Source of the DNA: Balamuthia mandrillaris
Taxonomy: Eukaryota
Length of the DNA stretch: 64,000 nucleotides
Reading direction: 5' to 3'
NCBI GenBank assembly: GCA_031835245.2
Contig: JAVKOQ020000030.1
Location: forward strand, 1-64,000
A program made the position numbers and the translations under genes. Below, piece by piece: positions 12,791 through 25,373 of the stretch (the first letter of the stretch is position 1; every line of letters starts with the position of its first letter). The notes under the pieces were generated by a model. The model was not told where the DNA came from. It made no database searches and saw only the letters and a program-made list of their open reading frames with translations.

Positions 12791-13397
12791 GCACTTGGTT
12801 GTAAGCCCACTATTACCTGACTTTTTCTTTTTTGTTTTTTTCCCTTGGAAGTTCCCGCTTTTCCCTTTATCCCCTTTCACACACACTTGCAGCAGTTTCT
12901 TTCTTCTTTCTTTTACTTTTTTTTCTGCTTATTGGTATTCAAACCAAAAATGCCAAAAAATGCCAAATTTTGAATGATGGAATATTTGGGATAAATTCCG
13001 CTTGAGGTTCAAAAAATTAATTTCTCCGCATCATAGCATTTACTGTTATTAAAAGTAAGTTCGTTGGAAAGAACACATTTCATTCTACAAAAACCTTTTT
13101 TATTTTATTTTTTACTTGAAATACATCATAATAATTGCTATCCTATCACATTTTTCCATAATGGCTGCTGTTTCTGCCAACAATTCGCAAAGTCCTAGAT
13201 TTGATTGGCACCGCTGCGCCAAAACGGTGCAGTCGGCGCAGCCTTTTGCAGCTTCAAATGCTCCATCACATTGTATTCACATGCAAAATGGTTGACAATC
13301 CCATTATCTACAGCTTTTCCCCTTCAAAAGAATACTTTGTTCAAGATCGTAACTTTAAATGTGATCTAGAAAGGCTCTTACCAAAAATGGTAATAAT

Positions 13398-13415
13398 CCC
13401 CTAACCCTAACCTAA
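13398..13415 (+). repeat. Telomere-like motif CCCCTAACCCTAACCTAA (junction 3)
   Basis: Read directly; lies about 45 bp into the putative 3' LTR of the minus-strand Gypsy element. Confidence 0.9.
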
Positions 13416-16400
13416 AAGGAGAAATAGGGATAGGTATTATGGGAGAGTGGTATAACACTTCCCCCTCTCAGGCCAAAGTCACTCTATGATTGACTGTCAG
13501 GCTAATAATCATGATACTACTCTCCAATATGCCTAGACCAGGTCTGGAGCGTTGATAACGTTACGCTCAGGCTCCCAAGAGTTGTGGCAGTTGGAGACAC
13601 CTTTCCACTTCAAGCTATATTCAAGTCCTCAGCTGGTATAGCAGTGATCAAGAATTTTCTCTACCTCATATTCATCATCAGCAAGCTCTCTATCTTCGTC
13701 GTCACACGGGATGAATTTTTTGACGCGGTTGAGGTTTATTACTTTATCTGTTTCAGGACCAGCAGTATTCCACACCTTAATTGTCTACAGAGAACAGATT
13801 TTGATAATCTTGTAGGGTCCTCCTTTTCACCTACGTCGAAGTTTCTGCGACTCACCGATGGATGTGGCTTTGGAGTAAATGAGAACCAGGTTGCCAACTT
13901 CAAACTCTTCCTCCGGCTTGCCATGCCGTATCTCCGTCTTCTCTTTTTGCGCGTTGTCTACTCCGTGGGCTTCTTCTGCAAGTTCACGCTGTGTCTCCTG
14001 CAGTTGCCTCACCCATGAATCATCAAACAAGTGTGTTGTGTCCACCAAACCGGTACTGTTGGACTTCCTCCCAAACATAAGCTCATAAGGGGTAAATCGT
14101 CGTCCTGGCAGCAGCGCGTGGCGAAGAGAACAAAGTAGCATAGGAAGGTACGTACTTCAGGCTTGTTGCCTGCCATCCACGAACTTTCGAAGCTGCTCCT
14201 TAAGGGTGTGGTTGTATCATTCAACCATGCCATTTCCTTGGGGATGCTCTGCCATGGCGTATTTGCACTTGATGCCAAGAAGAGTCGAAAGCTCATTGTT
14301 GAGTTTGTTAACGAACTCTCTTCCTTGATTTGACAGAAGTTCCTTAGGGAGGTCCGTGCTCACAAAGATCTCAAGTAAGGCCTTCGCCACTTCCTTTGCT
14401 TGTTTCGTCTTCAATGGACGAATGTCCGGCCAATGCATGAAGGCATCGATAGTGACCAAGGCGTATCGGTACCCTTCAGCCATCAAGGGCAACTCACCGA
14501 TCAGGTCCATGCAGACCAACTCGCCTGGCTCGTTTGCTATGATGTGACCTAATGGCCCATCGGCTTTCTTCCGCGGAGCCTTCACCTCCTGGCATTCCAC
14601 ACAGCCCTTGACCCAACATTCCACATCTTTGTGAATTCCAGGCCACCAGTACTGCGTGATGAGGCGGGAGTACATCTTTGTAAGGCCGAAATGCCCACCC
14701 GTAGGAACATCGTGGAACTGACGAAGTATGTCGTTCCTAAGCTCCTTGGGCACAATTTGTTGGACGGTAGCTTGTTTGACCTTGGCTTTATCAGGCCAAA
14801 TTGCGCGTAAAAGATGTCCGTCTTGAAGGAAGCACTGCTCCATGAGCGCCAACTGACGGGGTGTCTTGCGTTGACATGCCTCCTTGTTGCCTTCAATGGC
14901 TTTGACGATCCATAAAAACTCATCATCGTTACGCAGCAGCTCAAGCCATGAGTCGGAATCCAACTCCGTATCCAGTAAAACCTGCAGGGAGCCATTTGAT
15001 TGTGACTGTATCCCACAGTCATCTTCGTCATCTGACTGGCTGCCTTCCCCTCCGTCTTCGAAAGTAACCTGAATGCGGTTCTTCAGACAAGTAACAGTAT
15101 TGACTGTACCGAGAGCAAACAGTTCACAGCTGAGACTATCGGCATTGGAATGTTCCTTCCCTGGTCGGTGGGTCACTCGGATGTGGCCGAATTCCTGCAG
15201 CTTGGCAATTCACCTCGTCAACTTGCCTGAAGGGTTTTTCTGGGAGAACAGCCACTGCAGCGCCGAATGGTCGGTGATGACACATTCCAGCTGCTGAAGA
15301 ACATAATGTCTCCAATGCTGTAGGAAAAAGACAACGGCATAAGCCTCCTTCTCCGTAGCACTCCAATTGAGCTGCGGACCGGAAAGCTTCTTGCCACCGT
15401 AGGCTACAACGTGGTATAGCCCGTCCTCTCCTTTCTGTTCCAGAGTTCCCCCGATGACGTAATCTCTGGCATCACAGCAAATCCGAAAGTCTTTTTCAGC
15501 ATTGGGATAGGCAAGGACAGGAGAACTGATCAGAGCCTCCTTTATCCGTTGAAACGCCTGTTTCTGCTTGTTGCTCCACACGAACTTCATTTTTGGGCTC
15601 GTGAGGTTGGTGAGGGGCTTCACCATCTCGGCGAAATGATGGATAAACTTGCGATAGTAGTTCGCAAGTCCGAGAAAGCTTTGTAGTTGCTTTCTGGTAG
15701 TAGGGTGAGGGCAATCTTGCACCACCTTGACCTTGCTCTGTACAGGGCTAATTCCGTCACTAGACACCATATGCCCAAGGTACTCCATCGTCTCCTTCAA
15801 GAAGGCGTACTTGTTGACCTTCACGTAGAGGTGATACTCACGGAGATGCTCAAAGACCTTGCGCAGGTGAACGAGGTGGTCCTCAAATGTCTTAGAAAAA
15901 ACGATGAGGTTGTCAATATGACACCAAGAAAACTTCCGCTTGAATTCGCCAAAGATCTCGTCCATTCCTCGTTGGAACATAGCCGGAGTGTTAGTAGGTC
16001 CGAAGGGCATAACCACAGGCTCAAACTGACCGGATTTCATAACAAAGGCACACATATTTGCGGTACACTCCTCCATATGAAAGTGCCAATAACCACATGC
16101 TAAGTCAAACTTGGACCGGAACTTGGAGCCGTGGAGGCAATTCAGTCCGTCCTCAATGTTTGGCATAGGATAGGAGTCCTTCACTGTCCGTTTGTTTAGC
16201 TCTCTGTAGTCAATACAGAAACGTGGTTTTCCATCCTTCTTAATGACGATAATCACTGGGTGTGCCCATTCGTTAACAGATTTGTGAATGACGCCCATAA
16301 GTAGCATGTCGTCCGTAGCAGTGTTGATGGTCTCCTGGACCTTGGCGCTGACCTTGTGAGGCTTCACACGGATGGGGGTATAATCTGTTAGGACTATCTT

Positions 16401-16800
16401 GTGGGGAGGAAGTTTGACACTTCCTGGCTCAGGAAGCTTGTGGCAGAAGACGTCCTTGTATTCAAGGGCCAGCTTTAGAAGCCGTGCTTTCTGCCCGATA
16501 TCTAGGTCTGCATCGCATAGCGGTCAAACGAGGTCAAAAAGATGTTTGGATCCTCGCTTGGCTTGCCATGGAAGGTTGGCAGCGTTTCTGCAGTAAGCAG
16601 ACTCTGCGTCAGCCAAACATCGCCCAAGCTGTCACCAGCGTTGTGTTTGGCAGTACGTCGTCATAAGTCTTGACGGCGTGCCGTTAGATTGAGCGTAGGT
16701 TTTCTCTTCTCCTTCTCCTCTTCTTCCTCCTCTTTGTTAGACTGGTACAACCCCTTCTTCGGGTAACGCGGGTCCCGTATCACCACTTCCTCATCATGCC
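13414..16800 (-). mobile_element. Degenerate Ty3/Gypsy LTR retrotransposon (RT-RNaseH-integrase), 5' truncated
   Basis: RT (RFCIDYRELN, MPFG, YxDD decayed to HIDN), RNaseH (CDARDYVIGG, EKEAYAVV), integrase HHCC and core (14217-15176). Polypurine tract GAGAGGGGGAAG followed by TGTTATA (LTR start at 13457, minus strand). Stops and frameshifts. Confidence 0.92.
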
Positions 16801-17029
16801 ACTTCAAGGTGAGTATGAGATCTTATTTGGAAGAGACATCATGTGACGCATTAGTGTTGGTCTTTTCAGCCTTCCTGTGTGTTACCCTCTTCCTAGCAAA
16901 TGAGAAGAATTTAAGGAAGACGACTCCAACATTTCCAACAAGAATAAATGTGTTGAGCTTCCTCCTCCTCCCGACACTGCTTGAAAGATTGCTAAAGGCA
17001 TCTGTGACACGCTCCAGCGCAACCAGCAG

Positions 17030-20012
17030 GTGCCTCATGGCCCCAGCAGTTCCCTTCCAGAAAGTGTAATTTATTTAAACACTGGTGATGCCAAACCTGT
17101 TTTTCGCAAACAGTACACCATCCCCGAGATTTATCACAACTCGGTTTTTCGACAACTCACTGAATGGCTTCAACATGGTGTCATCGCACTCTCCTCACTT
17201 GACTGCCAGTGGAATTCTCCCATCCTTCCAGTCCTCAAAAAGGACAAACATGGCAAATGGTTGAAAGTCAGAATCTGTATTGACCCTGGTGGCATTAACA
17301 CTCTCCTTGCTGATGATGAGTACCCTATCGAGGACACCAAGGTTCTCATCGAACGAGCTCTAGGCCTCAAATGGGCTACCTTCTTGGACCTCGTCTGGTC
17401 CTACAACCAAATCCTGGTTTATCCACCTCACCAGGAAAAGCTTACTTTCACATGGCATGGTGTACGACTCAAGTTCGTGGGTGCACCTTTTGGTGTCAAG
17501 CACATCCAGGCTGTCATGTCCTGCTTCATTGCAGCTGCCCTTTGCCTCCTTATTGACATTTCGTCTCACTACGTGGATGACATCTTGGTCTTCACCAAAT
17601 CCTCTTTGCTAGAACAGCACATCAGTGACATCATCAAAGTCATTGATGCCCTCACCGTTGCAGGCCTCCGTCTTCGCCTCGAAAAATGCCAGTTTGGATA
17701 TACACGAGTGCGGCTCCTTGGTCATATCGTATCAAAAGATGGCCACCTACCCAACCTAGAGAAAATCTCTACCTTTGCCACCCTACCTACTCCCACCACA
17801 GGCAAACAAATACAGAGCATCCTAGGTTTCACCAACTTCCTTTGGGACTACATTCCTCGCTATGCAGAGATCGCAGCACCCCTCGAGCCTCTCCAGAACG
17901 TCCCTGATATCCGACCTTATTGGAATGACGACTGTCAACAAGCACTTGATCAAGCGCGTCATCTCCAGTCCAACCATCCTAAGCACACCAGATTGGGACA
18001 AACCCTTTCATGTTGGCACCAACGCTTCTCAGCATGGTGTTGGTGCTGTACTTTACCAAGAAGATGACAACAGCAAGCGCAGCTACATTTGCTTCACCAG
18101 CAAGGCTCCTAACCCCGCTCAATGCAATTATCCTTCCATCAAAAGAGAGCTGCTTGCCATCATCTTCTCTCTCCACAGGTTCCACTACTACCTCATCAGC
18201 TGACGCTTTTTACTATACACCGACCACAGACCTCTTGTGCATCTTTTCAACACAAAAGATCTCAATAGCATGCTCGCACACTGGGCTCTTGTGATCCTTC
18301 ACTATGATTTCGAGGTTTTCCACCAGCCTGGCATTCACCATATCTTGGAAGACTCCCTTTCACGGTTGTACACCCCTTCCATCCTCAGCAATGCACCGCT
18401 GAATGTTCCCCAAGTTCCTCAGAATGCCAAAACTTTGGCCCCAAAGCCCAAAATCAACAACATCATGATGACAGCCAACACTTGGCTCCCTCACGTACAT
18501 TAAACAACTTCGTCAAGGACCTTCTCAGCAAAATGGTTCCTCCGCTCAATGAATGTCAACAAATCTTGGAATGACTCCACTCCATCAGCCATAAAGGCGC
18601 TGAAAGCCTTCTTTGCAAAGTTCTTAAGGAAGGTTACTTCTGGCCCAACATTCACAATGACTGCCACAACACAGCACGCCATTGCAAGGAATGCCTTCGC
18701 TTCAATGTCATGTGACTCAGCTTCCCCCCTCTCAAGTCAATACATGCTACCTTTCCTTTCGAGCATATCGCCATCGACCTCACTGGCCCCTTGCAAACAG
18801 ACTTCATGGGCTATCAGTACATCTTCATCATCACGGACATCGCCACACTTTTTATGATTCTCCGCCCTCTCAAGGACAAATCCGCAGAAGAAGTCTCCCA
18901 CGAGTTTGTCAAGATCATCTGCGAACTCGGTTTCCCCAAAATCGTCCAGTCTGACAACAGCTCTGGATTTGTCAACAAAATCATGTCCGCGGTACATGAC
19001 CAGGCAGGTTTCAACCACTGGTTCATCTCTTCATACCACCCATGAGCCAACAGAGCTGCAAAGCCACATCAAGCTCACCAAATCCATGCTCCTGAAATCC
19101 CTTAAAGGTGACCTCGGACACTGGTCCAGTTTCCTCCCCATCGCACAATTCGCCTTAAATCAGCGAATATCCTGTCGCTCAGACTCCAAACCCTTCGAGA
19201 TCTTCTTTGGTGGACCTCTTTCTTACCCAGACAACTACTTCAACAGCATATCCAAGCTAAAAACTCCACGTGAGATCACTTCTCTCACCAAGGTCATCCT
19301 ACAAATCATCTACCCATCTATTTATGAAAAGGTTGCTAAGTACTCCACCAACGTAGAAAAGTACTTCAATGCAACGAACAAAATCATCCGCTTTTCTCCT
19401 GGGGACAAGGTGATGCTGAAAAACTCATCAGCAAACTCCAAAACCAACCCCAAATTCCTCGGTCCTTTTATCATCCACCACTGCACTGATAACAGAGCCT
19501 ACGTCCTTCAAGACATCACTGGCAACATACTCCCTGACAAGGTTCCTCCAAGTGCTCTCAAGCCTGTGGATCCCGACACTCCTTTTGAAGACGAGCACTT
19601 CAAAGTGGAAAAGGTCCTTGACCATGACGGCCCACCGTCTGACTGTTACTATCTCGTGAAGTGGAAAGGATACCCCGACACGGACAACTCTTGGGTTGCA
19701 GCTAAGGACTTCGGCTCTCAGCGACCCATCACCACCTACTGGGGGAAGAAGTACCCCAAGAAACTTGTCACAAACGGTGTTAGTTCTCTTTGGGAAGGCA
19801 GTGATGTTGGAAAACCAACAATTCATGTTATTATGACTTCCTGTCGACACTCTCCCTGGATACCTCCAAATTTTCTCACCCTTTTTATTTTCCCCTTTTT
19901 CTCATGACACATTCAAAGCACACACTTTGGTCCACACCCCTTTTTCATGTGAATAAACCCAGAGTCGCTTACATGCCGTCCCTTTCTTGATTCGCAGGGT
20001 TATTCCCCATCA
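17030..20012 (+). mobile_element. Degenerate chromodomain-bearing Ty3/Gypsy (chromovirus-like) element, 5' truncated
   Basis: RT with YVDD, RNaseH, integrase core, GPF motif and chromodomain (FKVEKVLDH..YLVKWKGY..NSWV). Multiple frameshifts. PPT GGGAAGGCAG before the LTR. Confidence 0.92.
19802..20012 (+). repeat. Putative 3' LTR of the chromovirus-like element
   Basis: Starts TGATG right after the PPT, ends CATCA (terminal inverted repeat), contains AATAAA at ~19952. No 5' partner in the window. Confidence 0.6.
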
Positions 20013-20354
20013 ACACCCTATGCAAGAGGTGATAAGTAAACACAAAAGCCACCTTAATTGAACTCAACAACAGCTGGCAACAAACTTGTCTGTATTCTAA
20101 CCACTGGTTTCTTGTATTCTGTAAGAGAGAAGCCAAGGAGAAAAGGTGCTATGCCCACATGGGAAAGAAAGGAACAAAAGAACACCGTTTGCCTTTAAAT
20201 CATCTCCATTTACAATATACAAAACATGTAGTTATACCAAACAAACTTAACAATTTTTCTTATACTAAAAACTTACATAACCAAGCTAGTTATGTACAAA
20301 ACAAACATAAAAAAAATAACAGTAATATGGTTTCCTCATTTTAGGTATAATAGT

Positions 20355-21544
20355 TCAGGAAGCAAAAACACTACGCAAAAACTCAAAAGTTAACACTTTG
20401 GGATGGCCTGGCACTTGGCTTTTGTAGCGCAGCACCACATCAATGGCTGGTGTTGCTGGCACAAGAGTTTCATCTTTTTGAAGTTCCAACACTTTCACTT
20501 GTGAGGCATCCAGTCCTTTTGGACACTCAACAGGTTGTTTTTGAGAGGAATATTGGTCCAGCAGGCTATCCACAATGTGGTTTCCCCTGGCGATGGTGCA
20601 ATCATTACTGGCAAAGTGGATAGCTTCCATCACTACCCTCTCAACAGCAGCTTCCACATTGTCATCACTGGATTGAATCATTGCATTTAACATTGTGAGT
20701 TGGGCTGGGTTTCCTCCAATGACATTCCACACTAGTGTGTCCAGTCCCTTGGTTTGGAGCTTGTTGAACAACTGTTGAAAGGTAGGATCACTCATCACCT
20801 CTTCCCTGTTCATCAGTCCCAGATTCACAACATACTGGCGCTTAGAACGCAGCACTGCTGACTCCACTGAGTGAGGTGAGGCATCAATCACAACGCGTAA
20901 TCCCATTGATGTAAGTGTGCGGGTTGCTGACAATACTGGTGCAAATGGCTTGTTTTCAGGCCGCTCTTTCACTTGAAGCACAAGAATAGGATAGTCTTGG
21001 GTTGTTGGAAGGCGCCCACGCAGAAAGGCAAAGCCCTGTTGGTAATAGGCTGCCAGTTACTGGAGAACCAGGGTAGAAAAATAGGATGTGGCATACCTTA
21101 TAATACCATAGCACTCGGCGGGCAGAGTTGTGAGGCGAGAAAACTGTCAAAGAAGTAAAGTGTCGTCCCGCTACCTCTCTCAGGGCACCCTGCAGGATCT
21201 CCTTTTCGTTGTCATCACTAGAGACTTGGTATTCCACTACACCGCACCTTTGCTGAAGCGCAGTTTGTAGTGCAGTAGTCTTCCCCACCCTTTGGTCCAG
21301 TCACCACCAAGTATTGTTGGGCCGCCATTGTGGAGAGGTCTGTTTTGATTCTTTCAACCACTTGGGAACGAACCGACGGAACTTCGGGGCGATAAAAAAA
21401 TTTGGAATGGAAGGCGAGGGATAAGGCCCGCCCAGGCCCCAGGCGAGCTCCCAAGAAATTCATTCCTGTGACTGAAGCAGCTATGGGAACAACAGGTTTG
21501 AGGGCAGTAAATAGGTCCAGCGTTGTTTGCAAGACTTCGTGCAT
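20355..21544 (-). pseudogene. P-loop NTPase (AAA/tuzin-like), frameshifted in Walker A
   Basis: YLVVTGPKG and GKTT lie in different frames at ~21290. Downstream VVIDAS and IGGNPAQL motifs. Could also be a sequencing error. Confidence 0.6.
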
Positions 21545-22227
21545 ATTGGCCAGCCTGAGGTTGAACTACGCCAAGGGAGAAGGAAAGGAATCGAGAGGGA
21601 GAAGGAGAGGAGGACACAGAATGGCAGGATGTGTGCGTGAATAAAGGGAAGGAGAAAGAACAGGAGAAGGAAGAATCACAGGGAGAAGAAATCACTAGTG
21701 AGTAAAAGGAAAGGAGAAGAATATCGCGGGCAAGAGCGAGGGAAAAAGAAAAGGGGGAGAAATAGTGAGAAAAAGGAGAATACCTGGAAGGGATTGGTCA
21801 CCAAATCGTTGTTCTTTTGAAAACTTTTTTTGTTCTTGTTGTTTTCGAGTGCCCATAAGCTGCAGCACATGGGCTGACCGCTGAAATTTCTCTGTTATCC
21901 CCTTGTGCCTTTCAATTGTGGGTTTGTTCCGGCTGAAATGTATCCACGTCGAGAGGCAGCCCTCCATGAGCCACCCGAAGACACCATAACATCGTTCTCG
22001 GACACCTACTCGCAAGAACAACAAGGCAACCGTTACTGTCTTGGAGGAGGGTGATACAGGCACGATTTCCAGTTCCGTGGCAGAGGACATCATATAGGTA
22101 GGCGTGTGGAGCGGAGGGGAAAGGGGCAAATACTACAGAATGCTGGCAAGCTTACCTCTTGGTTATTTCTATTTTATTCTTTTCTTTGCTGACATTTTGC
22201 TTTGTGAACGCACTAGCACAAAAAACT

Positions 22228-23496
22228 TTAAAGCCTGCCACCAACATTCCTTTCACTGCTTTCTCGAATCGCCCAAGTGGCCTCATATGTTTTGAAAGCA
22301 TCTTCGTAGGGTGAAGTAATAGAGGTAGTATCCTTTGCCTTTATGGCCTGTATGAATGTTGCCAATTCAGTAGCATAGAAATCATCTGACGAATAGTCTT
22401 CAGTGAACTCCATATCCGCCTCTCGGATGGCTGCTTTTGTTTTCTCCAGAGGTTTGAGCCTTACGCGGAGCTTGCAAAGATTATATGGATCTTCCAAAAT
22501 GATTCGGATGCCATCACCCCAAACCTTTGAGAAACATCACAAGACATTCACTGGTCAGCCAAAAGAATGAGAGAGAAGAGTGATAAGGAAAGAGAACACG
22601 AGAGAGAGCGAGAGAGAGAGAGAATGAGAGAGATACAAACCTCCATTTCGCACTCATACTTGTCACCTTGCAAAAGAGCTCCATGACTCAAAGAACCCAA
22701 CGCGCCAGAGGAGAAACGCCAAATGGCAGTGGTGGCCCGAGGGATGCGATAAGCATCAGGTAAACCTTCCTCTACACCCTTTCCTGAGACTACATCTTTG
22801 GGCAACGCCTCCAACTGTCCATTTGTTGCTTGATTATTGTAGATGTTGTTGTTACATAGATCAAGTTATAGAACAACATACTCAAAAGCAAGGAACAACG
22901 TACCAGTAGCACTAATAGCATAAGCATTGACGGAAGAGAGATCAATGTCACCAGCAATGAAGCGAGCAAGGTCAACGAAATGGGTACACTGCTCAACAAT
23001 CGGGCCTCCGCTTTTTCGCGTATCATACCACATTGCCTTACGAATACCAGTGTATGCGCTGTTATATCTATCCCATTGAAATATAAAACAGTGAGAAAAA
23101 TAACTCAAGTAAGTGAAAGAAGTGAAATGGTGCTAAAACAAAAAACAAAAGAGATACCTCAACAAAACGGCTTTAACTGAAGAATGAAGCAACGCATCCT
23201 CACTAACGTTACCTTGAAGAGCTTTCGCCTTGCGGGAGCGCAACAGCAGTTCTCTCATACGACGAACAGCCTTGGAATACCTGAACATGTATCCAACAGA
23301 AACAACTAATCCAGGTTGAGACAAGAGAGGCACCAACGAGCGTATCTCCTCTGGTGTGCTAACCGAGATAGGTTTCTCGATGAGCATGTGAATGCCTTTC
23401 TTTGCTGCAATGGCCTCAGCACATTCCTTCTCGCCATTCTTTGAGAAGCCATGTGCTGATTATTGTGTGAGCAAGTGAGGAGAGAGGGAGGGAGGA

Positions 23497-23543
<47 letters not shown>

Positions 23544-24102
23544 AAGAGCGAGAGTGAGATTGAGAGTGAGAGAGAGAGAGAGAGAGAAGGAGGGAGAGGG
23601 AATGGGAGTGAGGAAAGGAGGATGCACAAACCAAATGGCGGTAATCCAATAATAACGACGTGGGGCTTCTTTTCGTCAGCCATTTGGGCAAAGTCGGTGT
23701 AGACTTGGGCGTTGCGGAAAAGAGGAGACTTTTCCTTCCATCTTTGCAGCTCCTTCGCAGCCCTATTGGAGTCCAAGTCCACAATGGACACCACTTCCAC
23801 TTCTTCTGGCGAGTAAAGCTGAACTAGGCGTCTGGCATGGCCCCAAGCAACCTGCACCTCCGTACTTCCAAAGTTCACTTCACCTACACCATTATTATTT
23901 TAATATTGCATGAGGCCAAACAACAAAAAAAAAAGAAAAAGAAAAAAGAAAAAAGAAAAAAGAAAAAAGAAAAAGAAAAACGGAACACAAACCTGCGCCC
24001 AGGAAAGACACACGCAACGGACGTTCGTTCATGGCTTATTCTTGCGCTCTCTCTTCTCTGGTCTACTTTCCTGTCCTCGCCTTCCGTTGAATTGTATTTC
24101 AC
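22228..24102 (-). CDS. Gfo/Idh/MocA family NAD(P)-dependent oxidoreductase
   Basis: LIEKP, VSVGYMFRYS, SGGPIVEQCTHFVDLARF and SPYEDAFKTY motifs across spliced exons. Start approximate. Confidence 0.88.
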
Positions 24103-24355
24103 AATTAATTATCGCTATATTAATTGAGTTGTTATTCCCACTGAAGGTGGCATGAGCTGGAGGGCTATCACACAGCAAACATACCCAGCTCCTTTACATC
24201 AGGCGGTGTTGATTCTCTTCTGTCTCGCTAAAGCCCCGGCCGAATCACACAGCAGAGGCGGAGTTTTTGTTTTTTCTTCTCTCTCCTTCAAAGTGTAAGT
24301 TGGTAGGCGGCACAACAAACAAAACAACGAAGAAGCAGAAGAAGAAAGTTCGTTT

Positions 24356-25373
24356 TTAATGCCGTTCCTCCTCCTCCATCTCTTCCATCTCAACACAATA
24401 TGATAGATCTACAACCTGATGGTATTGCTGCTGATGATGCACTAAAGGTGTTGGCGATAAAGATGGCGATGTTACGGTGGAGAGGAATAGTGGAGAGGCG
24501 GAAGAAGAAGCTGCAGCAGAAGATTGGCTACTGCTTATGGAATGTTGTTTACTAATGCCAGCAAGCGGCGGTAGTGGGGCTCCGTTTTGATGCCGCTGTT
24601 GTTCTTCTCGCTGAATGGTCTCTGCCTTTAAAGAAGAAGGCGCCATTTAACGTTGTCAGTGAATAGCAAGAAGTTGGGAGAGGAACAAGAAGAAGAGCAG
24701 CAGAAGAGAGGAGAATGGAGAGAAGCAGAAGAGAGGAGAAAAGAAGCTAGGAAAGGACCGACCATAACAAGAAGGTAGCTTTTCCTCATTTCAGAAAGAA
24801 GAGCGGCGAGTTCAGCGCTGTTGAGTAATAACAGCAACCGCTCCTAAAGGAAAAGGTTGAGTTAGTAGCGAAAAACGGAGCGGCGAAGATAAAATGAGAG
24901 GCTACAAACGGTAGAGTCCAAACAACGGTAGGTGTCCTCCTGAGAAAAGCTGTGTTGATGAGCCCATCTATTGCGAGTATCGCGCAACTCGAACACTAAA
25001 TTTCTATGGAAAGGTAGTAGTGGCAAGAGGGAAGCCCTCGCCGTTGTAGGTCAACCTCTCCCTTTACGTGAGCTTGAAGGCAGGAGGTAAGTGGGTACCT
25101 TGCTGGCGAAGGTAAGAAGCTTTGAAAAACAGAAGGCCACATGCGGATGATGAGGGATAGCATGTTGTGCGTGTCGAGCTTGAGCTCCGATTCGCTGATT
25201 GGGGTCCTTCTCTCCATATGTGCTGCTCCAGAGGGCTGCAGCTCCTGTCGCACGGCTTCCACCCAACGCTCCTCTCCGAATTTGGTGAGGAGGCACTCTC
25301 GCACAAACGGTTTTAAACCTGAATGCAAATGGACCAAAGCCCTCCCGACACACTCTTCATTGCTCAACACCAT
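24356..25373 (-). CDS. Swt1-like HEPN domain protein (putative RNase)
   Basis: Exon 1 MVLSNEECVGRALVHLHSGLKPFV...W..VF; exon 2 (~24910-25005) NLVFELRDTRNRWAHQHSFSQEDTYRCLDST with an RxxxxH motif; exon 3 ERLLLLL; low-complexity tail. Confidence 0.8.

Larger units (their letters stand above)
9593..13413 (-). mobile_element. Candidate ~3.8-kb YR DNA element (Crypton-like) bounded by 16-bp telomere-like direct repeats
   Basis: A single YR gene plus a 150-bp array lies between CCCCTAATCCTAACCT (9593-9608) and CCCCTAACCCTAACCT (13398-13413), 15/16 identical. No RT inside. Boundaries are inferred. Confidence 0.55.

Noticed and set aside
8907..13415. True chromosome end
   Set aside because: Only 2-3 repeat units per site, with long sequence on both sides. 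A subtelomeric position cannot be judged from this window.
4225..20012. One DIRS/Ngaro retrotransposon combining the YRs with the nearby RTs
   Set aside because: Both RTs are followed by their own DDE integrase and PPT/LTR, so they are Gypsy elements. No RT lies inside the YR units in this window, although the left end of the first unit is not visible.
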